From: Acidobacteriota bacterium
GTDB taxonomy: Bacteria > Acidobacteriota > UBA6911
Direction: 5' to 3'
DNA length: 64,000 nt
NCBI GenBank assembly: GCA_963664705.1
Contig: OY761556.1
Span: 6,080,001-6,144,000 of the forward strand
Part shown: piece by piece, positions 17,132 to 25,797 of the stretch
How the letters are laid out: each line of letters starts with the position of its first letter
Position numbering within the stretch: the stretch's first letter is position 1
The notes under the pieces: generated by a model
Told to the model about the DNA's origin: nothing
Seen by the model: the letters and a program-made list of their open reading frames with translations, nothing else
Databases searched by the model: none
Program-made: the position numbers and the translations under genes

Positions 17132-18295
17132 TTATTCAAAATGAATTCGAAGCTGAACGATTTCAGGACGGTTGCCGAGGCGCACGGGAGGACCCCATGT
17201 CCCGACTCCGCAGGAAACGTAGTACTGTGTATTCCCTCTTCTTTTGTATCCCCACGCCAGTTCGTATATGCGATTGACAATATAATTGATGGGCCACAGC
17301 TGGCCGTAATGGGTATGTCCCGAAATCTGCAGGTCGATCTTTGAATTCTCTGCCTCGGACAGCCCGAAGGGTTGGTGGTCCATCAGGATTACCGGGTAGT
17401 TTTTATCGACCGACTCCATCAGCTCGGCGAGATGTTTCCTCGGATTGCCTCCAAACGTTACGCTGGAACGATCCTCCCGACCAACGAGGAAAATGGAATC
17501 CGCGACCTGAACACTTCGATCCCTCAGCATGGTAATGCCATGCTCAGTAAGATACTCACAGGCTCGCTCGGCGCCGCCGATGTGTTCGTGATTTCCGGTT
17601 GCTCCAAAGACCCCGTATCGGGATCGGATGTTTCTCAAGGACTCTCCAAGATTCTGTCTTATTACGGGAGCGATGTCTTCGTCGACGATATCGCCGGGCA
17701 TCAGAACCACATCCGGGTTCAATTGGTTGATCTGTTCCACAATTTTGTCAAAGCGGGATCTGTCGACAATCGTGCCCAGGTGTACATCCGAAACGGCCAC
17801 AATGTTCAGATGGTCGAGGCGTGATGCCTTCCTCGGCATTGATAAATCCATGGCGACAATGCGCGGGAAAATGGCATTGATGTGTCCGATCAGCAGAAGG
17901 ATGCCGACGGCTCCGGTGACGCAGAGCATGGTGACGAGCTTTGCCTTCTGATAATGATCGGTGATGACCGCGGGATAGAAATGGAAAAAATGGTTGCCGA
18001 GGCGGACCAGGTCCAGCGCGACGACTGCCAGCAGAAAGTAGATGGTTGCCGCAATCCAGAATGATCCGATCCACAACAGAAGATCCGAGAGAAAAGCAGG
18101 AACGCGGTTTTCCAGGATGCGTCCGCCAATGTACGAAAACGCGACAATCCAGAAAGCAAGGATGTATGGGGTCCTGAGGCCGGAATCGGGAGGGATGGAC
18201 TGCAGTCCGCGGTTAAAAAAGTAATAGCTGATGAGTCCGGTGATGAGGGAAAAGACGGCAAAGAAAACTATCACGCGCATTGCGATTGTCTCCAT
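17132..18295 (-). CDS. Membrane-anchored metallophosphoesterase (YkuE/YaeI-like)
   Basis: N-terminal TM helices and the motifs DVHLG, GDIVD, GNHE, DHQP, GHTH.GQ. Confidence 0.9.
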   Translation of the reverse strand: METIAMRVIVFFAVFSLITGLISYYFFNRGLQSIPPDSGLRTPYILAFWIVAFSYIGGRILENRVPAFLSDLLLWIGSFWIAATIYFLLAVVALDLVRLGNHFFHFYPAVITDHYQKAKLVTMLCVTGAVGILLLIGHINAIFPRIVAMDLSMPRKASRLDHLNIVAVSDVHLGTIVDRSRFDKIVEQINQLNPDVVLMPGDIVDEDIAPVIRQNLGESLRNIRSRYGVFGATGNHEHIGGAERACEYLTEHGITMLRDRSVQVADSIFLVGREDRSSVTFGGNPRKHLAELMESVDKNYPVILMDHQPFGLSEAENSKIDLQISGHTHYGQLWPINYIVNRIYELAWGYKRRGNTQYYVSCGVGTWGPPVRLGNRPEIVQLRIHFE

Positions 18296-18398
18296 ACGCT
18301 CTGCATCGATGAAAGAAAAGTCTGAGAATCGACGCTGGCGTCAGCATCAATCTATATTAAAATTCCTCCCCGTGGGCCAATGATTTTAGGGATTGTAT

Positions 18399-19370
18399 AT
18401 GACGAAACCGGTTTGTATTGCTTCTGTACCGCTTTTTGTTCTGTTTCTGGCTCTGGTTTCCATGGCCTCTGCCGCTTTCAGTGAAACCCGACCCAATGAA
18501 CTGGGAAAGATCCCGATCCTGGAATATCACCTGATTCAGCCCCAGCCCAGCATTTGGGCTCGAACGGCAGGGGATTTTCGCCGTGATCTGGAAATGCTTT
18601 ATGCCGCCGGATACAGGGCGCTGGGATTGAGCGATTACCTGACGGGCAAGATCGATGTTCCGGCGGGAACGCACCCGATTATTTTCACCTTCGATGATTC
18701 CTCTCCCGGCCAGTTCCGCTATATATCCCGGAATGGAAAGAGGGAAATCGATCCTGATTGCGCCGTAGGCATCTTTCTCGATTTCCGGAAGCGGCATCCG
18801 GATTTTGGTATGAAGGCAAGCTTCTTCGTTCTGCCTGGAGCGGCCGAACCGCACAGGCTTTTTGGTCAGCCTGAATTTGAAAAAGATAAGCTTAAGCAGC
18901 TTGTGGAGCTTGGATTCGAAATCGGGAACCACACCCTCTGGCATGCCAATCTGAAAAAATACGATTCCCCGACGGTTCGTAAACAGCTTGCAAAGGCAGT
19001 TGAAGCAATCCAGGCTGCGGTTCCCGGATACAATGTTCATACGCTGTCCCTGCCCTTCGGGGTTTATCCGAGAGATCCGTCCCTGGCGTTATCCGGCAGT
19101 TTCGGGAATACGTCCTATCATAACGACGGAGTACTGGAGGTCTCCGGCGGTTCGGCCGCCTCACCATTCAGCATAAAAATGGACCCTCTGCATCTGACCC
19201 GGACCCAGGTTACCGGGAAGGCCTTGGAACGGCTTATCCGCTATTTTGAAAAACACCCGGATGAGATATTTGTCAGCGATGGAAAGGCGGATACCGTAAC
19301 CTTTCCATCGAACCTCAGATCCGGATTCAGGTCGAACAGATTTAAAAATCTGAAGGTGAATGTGGATTAG
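18399..19370 (+). CDS. Exported polysaccharide deacetylase (CE4/NodB domain)
   Basis: Signal peptide, 'PILEYH', 'FTFDD', 'EIGNHTLWH', 'SLPFG'. Confidence 0.85.
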   Translation: MTKPVCIASVPLFVLFLALVSMASAAFSETRPNELGKIPILEYHLIQPQPSIWARTAGDFRRDLEMLYAAGYRALGLSDYLTGKIDVPAGTHPIIFTFDDSSPGQFRYISRNGKREIDPDCAVGIFLDFRKRHPDFGMKASFFVLPGAAEPHRLFGQPEFEKDKLKQLVELGFEIGNHTLWHANLKKYDSPTVRKQLAKAVEAIQAAVPGYNVHTLSLPFGVYPRDPSLALSGSFGNTSYHNDGVLEVSGGSAASPFSIKMDPLHLTRTQVTGKALERLIRYFEKHPDEIFVSDGKADTVTFPSNLRSGFRSNRFKNLKVNVD

Positions 19371-19421
19371 CGAAGGGTACGGAAGGGCTTTGCGCATTTC
19401 TGCCCTTTTTCGTACCCTCCG
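19371..19421. terminator. Hairpin between convergent genes
   Basis: AGGGTACGGAAGGGC ... GCCCTTTTTCGTACCCT, imperfect stem. Confidence 0.55.
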
Positions 19422-19438
19422 TCGCAGGTGATTGCCGT

Positions 19439-20437
19439 CTATATCTGTATGCAGATTTTCCCGAAGTGACTGCCCGACTCCATCCACTTAAAGGCTTCCT
19501 GAACTGCATCAAAGGAAAAAGTTCGATCAATGACAGGATGTATCCGGTGCAATGCAATGGCTGCGTTCATGGCCGAAAACATTTCGCGCGAGCCGACAAA
19601 AATACCCTGAACCCGGATTGCATTCATCAGGATAGGAAGGATATTGACGTCGGAGGCTGTTGTCAGTGCGCCGATTAGAGCAATTGTTCCGCCGCGCCGA
19701 ACCGCGGCCACCGATTTGTTGAATGTGCCGGGACCGCCAACCTCCACCACCAAATCGACGCCGCGTCCGCCAGTAATCTGACGAACATGCTTCCCCCATT
19801 CAGGGACTTCTTTATAATTGATTGTTTCGTCAGCCCCCAATGCCCGGGCCTTTTCCAGCTTGTCGTTGCTGCCGGATGTGGCAATGACTCGGGCTCCGTT
19901 GAGACGAGCCAGCTGGAGCGCAAAGATGGAGACGCCGCCGGTTCCCAAGGTAAGCACGGTATCGCCCGCCTTGCAATTTCCTGCGAGCGCGTTCCAGGCA
20001 GTCAGGCCCGCGCATGGCAGTGTTGCTGCTTCGGCATCGCTCAAATACTCGGGTATCTTGATAATACCGTCCTGGTGCAACGCAACATACTCGGCCAGCA
20101 CACCATCCCGTCCTGCTCCCAGTGCCGTCCGTGCCTGTTCGTCCGTAGGGATTCCCGAAGGCCATCTCTCAAAAAAGGTATTGGCGACGCGATCGCCCGG
20201 CCTCAAGCCTTCCACCGCAGATCCGATGGCGACAATTTCGCCGACTCCGTCGGAAAGCGGTATTTGGGGGAGTTTTAAGCGCGGATTATAGCGGCCGGTT
20301 GCAGTCATCCAGTCCCTGTAATTCAGGGACCATGCATGCATCTTCACCAGAACCTGGTTTGCATTCGGTTCCGGCATGGGGCGATCCACCATGACGAGTC
20401 CATCCAGGCCAAACTTTTGAATTTCGTATGCTTTCAT
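19439..20437 (-). CDS. NAD(P)-dependent MDR-family oxidoreductase (zinc-free alcohol dehydrogenase-like)
   Basis: 'SLNYRD', 'PLSDGVGEI', 'AATLPCAGLTAWNAL', 'GTGGVSIFALQ', 'HFGKICI'. Confidence 0.9.
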   Translation of the reverse strand: MKAYEIQKFGLDGLVMVDRPMPEPNANQVLVKMHAWSLNYRDWMTATGRYNPRLKLPQIPLSDGVGEIVAIGSAVEGLRPGDRVANTFFERWPSGIPTDEQARTALGAGRDGVLAEYVALHQDGIIKIPEYLSDAEAATLPCAGLTAWNALAGNCKAGDTVLTLGTGGVSIFALQLARLNGARVIATSGSNDKLEKARALGADETINYKEVPEWGKHVRQITGGRGVDLVVEVGGPGTFNKSVAAVRRGGTIALIGALTTASDVNILPILMNAIRVQGIFVGSREMFSAMNAAIALHRIHPVIDRTFSFDAVQEAFKWMESGSHFGKICIQI

Positions 20438-20865
20438 CGATAGTCTCTTTTCATTAAGCCAAATGAGTGATGCCAATCACGGAAAATAATCACGCTTAAT
20501 TTTAGAATGAAATGGTTGGCAAAGAAATGGCTCGACGATTTGATTTGTCGAAGTCCCGTAATCTGACAACCATTCGGGAGAATAGGCGCTCTCGATGGGT
20601 TCCAACCTCTCTGTAACCGTGTTTGCGTCCCGCAATTCATGAACAGAATTGCGGGACCGGCATGCTCCTGCAATCCAGGCCAAAATTCAGAGTTGAAAAG
20701 AGAAATAGCCGCAGAATTCCCGCAAATGGATGCCTTTTTGAGGCAATGCATGTCCCGCCGTTGCTGTTTTGATCTTGAACCTTGAGTGTGAATGCCTTAT
20801 AAGTTTGTTCCCACATCTATTTATGGGATCGGAACTCAGCAGAGCCGCTGATCATCAAAAGGAGG

Positions 20866-21975
20866 ATGGCTAAAATGGCGCTCATCAATTTTGGAGGTGT
20901 TAAAGAAGATGTTGTGACTCGCAAAGAGTTTTCCATGGCAAAGGCACGAAAGGTGCTCAAAGGGGAAACGATTGCGGTCATAGGCTACGGTGTGCAGGGG
21001 CCTGCTCAGGCTCTGAACATGAAAGACAATGGATTCAATGTAATTGTCGGCCAGTCAAAGCAGTACCCGCAAGACTGGGACCGTGCCAAGAAAGATGGAT
21101 GGGTGCCCGGAAAAACCCTGTTTTCGATTGAAGAAGCCTGCGAACGGGGCACGGTTATTGAGATGCTGGTTTCGGATGCCGCGCAGAGAGCGGTTTGGCC
21201 TGTTGTAAAGCAGCGCCTTACGGCGGGCAAGGCCCTGTATTTCTCTCACGGATTCTCGATTGTATATAGCCAACAGACCAAAGTTATTCCTCCCAAAGAT
21301 GTGGATGTGATTATGGTGGCACCCAAAGGATCCGGGACGTCTTTGCGGCGCAATTTCCTGTCAGGGGCCGGAATCAACTCCAGTTTCGCTGTTGAACAGG
21401 ATGCCACCGGCAACGCCCGTGAACGTTGCCTCGCTTTGGGTATCGCGGTCGGTTCCGGGTATCTATTCCCCACCACTTTTAAAAATGAAGTGTTCAGCGA
21501 TCTGACCGGGGAACGCGGTGTGCTTATGGGTGCAATCGCCGGTGTGTTCGAAGCCCAGTACGAGGTGCTCCGAAAACATGGTCACAGCCCGAGCGAAGCT
21601 TTCAACGAAACGGTCGAAGAGTTTACGGAAAGTTTGATCCGGCTCGTTGCGGAGAATGGCATGGATTGGATGTATGCCAATTGTTCCGCAACAGCGCAGC
21701 GTGGCGCTCTGGACTGGAGACCCAAGTTCAAAAAAGCCGTGCAGCCTGTTTTTAACGATCTGTACAAACGGGTGGCTTCCGGGGCCGAAACTGAAAGAGT
21801 GCTGCGTACCTGCGGTCGCCCCGATTATAAAGAACAATTGACCAAGGAACTCACCCAGATGGCGAATTCCGAAATGTGGCAGGCTGGGAAAGCCACGCGC
21901 GCTCTGCGTCCGAAAGAGTCGGCCAAGAAATTTTCCTCGGCTCCAAAAGGCGTAGCCGGCCGATCCTCTAATTGA
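20866..21975 (+). CDS. ilvC: Ketol-acid reductoisomerase
   Basis: 'VIGYGVQGPAQALN', 'FSHGF', 'MVAPKGSG', 'SDLTGERGVLMG', 'NCSATAQRGALDW'. AGGAGG RBS. Confidence 0.95.
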   Translation: MAKMALINFGGVKEDVVTRKEFSMAKARKVLKGETIAVIGYGVQGPAQALNMKDNGFNVIVGQSKQYPQDWDRAKKDGWVPGKTLFSIEEACERGTVIEMLVSDAAQRAVWPVVKQRLTAGKALYFSHGFSIVYSQQTKVIPPKDVDVIMVAPKGSGTSLRRNFLSGAGINSSFAVEQDATGNARERCLALGIAVGSGYLFPTTFKNEVFSDLTGERGVLMGAIAGVFEAQYEVLRKHGHSPSEAFNETVEEFTESLIRLVAENGMDWMYANCSATAQRGALDWRPKFKKAVQPVFNDLYKRVASGAETERVLRTCGRPDYKEQLTKELTQMANSEMWQAGKATRALRPKESAKKFSSAPKGVAGRSSN

Positions 21976-21985
21976 CCTTGTTGTT

Positions 21986-22036
21986 TTGAGGAATACAATT
22001 ACCTGATTATGGTAGTTGTATTCCTCAATTTTTTTT
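21986..22036 (+). terminator. Intrinsic terminator after ilvC
   Basis: TTGAGGAATACAATTACC / GGTAGTTGTATTCCTCAA followed by T8. Confidence 0.85.
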
Positions 22037-22091
22037 GCAGCCAGGGAAGACCCTTCCGACGACGGAATACACTAAAATTGAAATGATCGAT

Positions 22092-22451
22092 ATGGCCGAT
22101 TTGAAAGTGAACGGTTCATCGACAGTCATCCTGATCAACAATGATGGAATGGGATCGGCCGATGAACCATTAAGGCATAAACTCCTGAAAGTCTATCTGA
22201 CGATGCTCCACGAGAACGGTTTGTACCCGGGAGCCATCTGCTTCTATGCCGATGGAGTTCGAATGGTGGTCGAGGGATCCCCGGTGCTCGATCTTCTTCG
22301 GGACTTTGAGCAGCAAGGGGTGCGGATTATCATCTGCATCACCTGCCTGGATTATTACCAGCTTCGGGATAAAGTTGCCGTTGGGATCATCGGGGGCATG
22401 AATGACATCGTGCTCGCTCAATGGATGGCAACCAAGGTAATCACTCTTTAA
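22092..22451 (+). CDS. DsrE-like sulfur/selenium relay protein (YedF C-terminal-like)
   Basis: 'GMGSADEPLRHKLL', 'CFYADGV', 'ICITCLDYY', 'VGIIGGMNDIV'. Start could be 22083 or 22092. Confidence 0.75.
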   Translation: MADLKVNGSSTVILINNDGMGSADEPLRHKLLKVYLTMLHENGLYPGAICFYADGVRMVVEGSPVLDLLRDFEQQGVRIIICITCLDYYQLRDKVAVGIIGGMNDIVLAQWMATKVITL

Positions 22452-22496
22452 GCCTTCGAGTATTTAGCCGGTGAGGCGATAAGGCGAATTTCTTCA

Positions 22497-23444
22497 ATGA
22501 CGAACGATCTATTTCAGACACCTTGGAATTTTTTGGGATTGCCGGAAGAGGTTTCCTGTCCGTCGCGTTCCCGTGGGTGGTTGCTGCCGATTCCCTATGA
22601 ATCCACCACATCGTACGGAGCGGGAACCCGCGAGGGCCCGACTGCGATTCTTACTGCATCGCGTCAGGTGGAGTTATACGACCAGGAGTTCGATTGCGAG
22701 CCTGCAATGGAGTATGGGATTCACACGACATCTCCTTTGAACCTCGTACACAGTTCTCCTGAAGCGATGATTCGATCGATCGAGACTGCGGTTGCAGAGC
22801 TTCTTTCCGGTTCCGAAAAGCCGGAGGTTCTCGGGGCGCTGGGCGGCGAGCATTCCATATCGGCGGGGATCGCGCGTGGTTTGGCTCAGGTGCTTAACCC
22901 GAAGTCGCTCGTAGTCGTGCATGTTGACGCTCACTCAGACATGCGCGAGGAATATGAAGAGTCGCCTTACAGCCATGCCTGTGCGGCAAAGCGGATCCTC
23001 GAGGTTTGCCCGATTTTTCAGATCGGTATTCGCAATCTGTCGAGTGGAGAAGCTTCCTTCCTGCGCGGTTGCAAAAAGGTTCGGACGGTTTTTTCCGAAG
23101 AAGCCAGCGACCCGCAAGGAGGATTTCTGCGTGAACTGGCTCGGTTCGTCAAGAACAAGCAGGTTTATTTTACGGTTGATCTGGATGGACTGGATCCATC
23201 GATAATGCCGTCTGTGGGGACTCCGGAACCTGGCGGGATTTCCTGGGAGCGCATGCTTGCGGTTGCCAGGACAGTTTGTCAAAACGCGGCTCATGTGCCC
23301 GTGTTCGACGTGGTGGAACTGGCCCCGATCCCTGGATTCCGCGCCCCCGATTTTCTGGCGGCCAAGCTCGTCTACAAGCTCTTCTCCTATGCTTTAATGG
23401 GAAATGGGAAGGCAACGAACAAAAGGAGACACAGGAATGGGTGA
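22497..23444 (+). CDS. speB: Agmatinase / ureohydrolase family
   Basis: 'GGEHSIS', 'DAHSD', 'DLDGLDPS', 'GTPEPGG', 'VVELAP'. Confidence 0.88.
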   Translation: MTNDLFQTPWNFLGLPEEVSCPSRSRGWLLPIPYESTTSYGAGTREGPTAILTASRQVELYDQEFDCEPAMEYGIHTTSPLNLVHSSPEAMIRSIETAVAELLSGSEKPEVLGALGGEHSISAGIARGLAQVLNPKSLVVVHVDAHSDMREEYEESPYSHACAAKRILEVCPIFQIGIRNLSSGEASFLRGCKKVRTVFSEEASDPQGGFLRELARFVKNKQVYFTVDLDGLDPSIMPSVGTPEPGGISWERMLAVARTVCQNAAHVPVFDVVELAPIPGFRAPDFLAAKLVYKLFSYALMGNGKATNKRRHRNG

Positions 23445-24594
23445 AGTCAAGCTGCCCAAGAAATTCATCAGCAAGTATCCGCATAAGTTCTCAAAAGGCA
23501 AACAGCAGTTCCTGCGCGGGAAGCGCATTCTTCCAAAGCCGATTACCGGAAAGGAAGCGTTGCCGGATTTGATCGACAACACATTCCTCGCGTACAATGC
23601 CGGCCGGTTGCAGGAAGCTTGCCGACTGTTTACGGAGAAAATGCTTCAGCCGAATTGTACGGTGGGGATGAGTCTTTCCGGAGCCATGACTCCTGCCGGG
23701 ATCGGTTCCGCAGCCATCATACCGCTGATCAATGCCGGTTTTATCGACTGGATCGTGTCCACGGGTGCAAACCTGTATCATGATATGCATCACGCCATGA
23801 ACATGCCTTTGTTCCGTGGATCTCCCTTCTCGCCGGATCCGGAGCTTCGAAAACTGGGCGTGGTTCGCATCTATGATATCCTGCTTGACTACAATGACGT
23901 ATTGATGGCAACGGATCACGTGTTGCGGCAGGTGCTCATGCAGCCGGAGTTCCAGCATGAAATGGGCACGGCAGAGCTTCATTACCTGCTTGGCAGGTAT
24001 TGCAACGAATTCGAAAAACAGACCGGCCGCCCGAACAGTTCCGTGCTGGCCGCCGCCTACCGTGCGGGAGTTCCGTGCTACTGCCCGTCCCCGGGTGACT
24101 CGACGATCGGTATGAACATCGCCGGCCTGGAACTCAGGAATAACAAATTGAAGATCAATTCGTCCATTGATGTCAATGAAACGACTGGGATTGTTCTTTC
24201 TGCCAAGCGTGCCGGGATGAAGACCGGAACGCTCCTGATCGGCGGCGGGTCTCCCAAGAATTTCACGCTGCAGACCGAACCGCAAATCCAGGAGGTCCTG
24301 CGCGTAAAAGAAGAGGGCCATGATTACTTCATCCAGGTAACCGATGCCCGCCCGGATACCGGGGGACTTTCCGGTGCCACGCCGCACGAAGCGGTGACAT
24401 GGGGAAAAGTGGATCCAACCCAGTTGCCCGATGCGGTCGTTTGCTACATCGATACAACCGTGGCATTCCCGCTTCTTGCTCACTATGCTTTGTCCAAGCA
24501 CAAAGCCAAAAAGCTCAAACGGCTCTATGACCAGCTTCCCGCAATCATGGAGTTTGTGAACAAAGAATATTGGAAGCACAACAAGGTTCTATAA
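23437..24594 (+). CDS. Deoxyhypusine synthase-like protein (probable homospermidine-pathway SpeY-type)
   Basis: 'SGAMTPAG', 'STGANLYHD', 'GGGSPKNF', 'GGLSGATPHEAVTWGK' with the catalytic Lys retained. Confidence 0.88.
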   Translation: MGEVKLPKKFISKYPHKFSKGKQQFLRGKRILPKPITGKEALPDLIDNTFLAYNAGRLQEACRLFTEKMLQPNCTVGMSLSGAMTPAGIGSAAIIPLINAGFIDWIVSTGANLYHDMHHAMNMPLFRGSPFSPDPELRKLGVVRIYDILLDYNDVLMATDHVLRQVLMQPEFQHEMGTAELHYLLGRYCNEFEKQTGRPNSSVLAAAYRAGVPCYCPSPGDSTIGMNIAGLELRNNKLKINSSIDVNETTGIVLSAKRAGMKTGTLLIGGGSPKNFTLQTEPQIQEVLRVKEEGHDYFIQVTDARPDTGGLSGATPHEAVTWGKVDPTQLPDAVVCYIDTTVAFPLLAHYALSKHKAKKLKRLYDQLPAIMEFVNKEYWKHNKVL

Positions 24595-24602
24595 ATTTTC
24601 CG

Positions 24603-24647
24603 GCGATTGACGATTGGAAATTCTGCCCGATTCCAATCGTCAATCGC
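24603..24647. repeat. 17-bp perfect inverted repeat (same core as 2976-3012)
   Basis: GCGATTGACGATTGGAA / TTCCAATCGTCAATCGC. Confidence 0.75.
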
Positions 24648-24656
24648 AAGCTCCAT

Positions 24657-25790
24657 ATGAAGACCTCTTTGCTCAAAGAACTGGCTCACAAGCATGGCAC
24701 TCCACTTTTCATCGTGGATCACGATGAGGTTCGTGCGAACTACACTGCGTTCAGACGGCATCTGCCGCGCGTTCAGGCTTATTATGCCGTAAAGGCAAAC
24801 TCCGATCCTGCCATCCTGCGCACTTTATACAATATGGGCGCCAGCTTCGATGTTGCGTCGATCGCGGAGTTCATGCTTGTCTACGAGAATATTCGGGATT
24901 TGCCCGCGGATGTTCGCCAGGGTTTTATATGGGATAAGGTCATCTACTCTAACCCGATCAAGGATCAGCGGACCCTCGAGGAATTGGATCCCTATAAGCC
25001 GCTGGTTGCTTTCGATAACCACGAGGAAATCAAGAAGATTAAGAAGCACGCTCCCCATGCCGGGCTGACGTTGCGTATCCGTGTGCCCAACACAGGATCG
25101 ATGGTGGAGCTGTCCAGCAAATTCGGTGCATCTCCCGCAGAGGCGGTGGATCTGATTGCAAAAGCCTCTGATGCGGGATTAGCCGTAGAGGGCCTTGGGT
25201 TCCACGTCGGCAGTCAGTGCACCAATTTTGAGAATTATGTCCAGGCCCTATCAACATCCTCGGCGATCATCGAAGAAGCGGAATCGCGCGGATACTCCAT
25301 GAGGCTATTAGACATCGGCGGAGGCTTTCCGGTGCGCTATGACCGCCACGTGCGTCCATTCCGCGAGCTTGCAAAAATCCTCAGCGCCGAATTGAATCGT
25401 ATGTTTCCAAAGACCATGGAAATTCTTGCCGAACCGGGACGATTCATGGTCGGAACGGCTGCTACCGTGGTTGCCGCGGTTATTGGAAAATCCGAGCGCG
25501 ATGGGAAGCGGTGCTATTACATCAATGACGGAATCTATCATACCTACTCGGGCATTTTGTTTGATCACTGCCAATACTCCGTCAAGTCGTTCAAGAAAGG
25601 CTCCAAACGCATATCGGCTGTCTTCGGTCCGACCTGCGATGCCCTCGATACCATATCCCAGGCGGAGGCTTTGCCTGAGCTAAAGCTTGGAGACCTTGTC
25701 TACAGCGAAAATATCGGCGCATACAGCCATGCCTCGTCCACCTATTTTAACGGGTTTCCTCCCGCCAAAGTCCTGCACATCAATCGGTAG
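24657..25790 (+). CDS. Fold-III PLP decarboxylase (ornithine/lysine/arginine decarboxylase, eukaryotic-ODC-like)
   Basis: 'YAVKAN', 'FDVAS', 'SKFG', 'FHVGSQ', 'LDIGGGF', 'AEPGR', 'GPTCD', 'GAY'. Confidence 0.9.
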   Translation: MKTSLLKELAHKHGTPLFIVDHDEVRANYTAFRRHLPRVQAYYAVKANSDPAILRTLYNMGASFDVASIAEFMLVYENIRDLPADVRQGFIWDKVIYSNPIKDQRTLEELDPYKPLVAFDNHEEIKKIKKHAPHAGLTLRIRVPNTGSMVELSSKFGASPAEAVDLIAKASDAGLAVEGLGFHVGSQCTNFENYVQALSTSSAIIEEAESRGYSMRLLDIGGGFPVRYDRHVRPFRELAKILSAELNRMFPKTMEILAEPGRFMVGTAATVVAAVIGKSERDGKRCYYINDGIYHTYSGILFDHCQYSVKSFKKGSKRISAVFGPTCDALDTISQAEALPELKLGDLVYSENIGAYSHASSTYFNGFPPAKVLHINR

Positions 25791-25797
25791 GAAAGCA

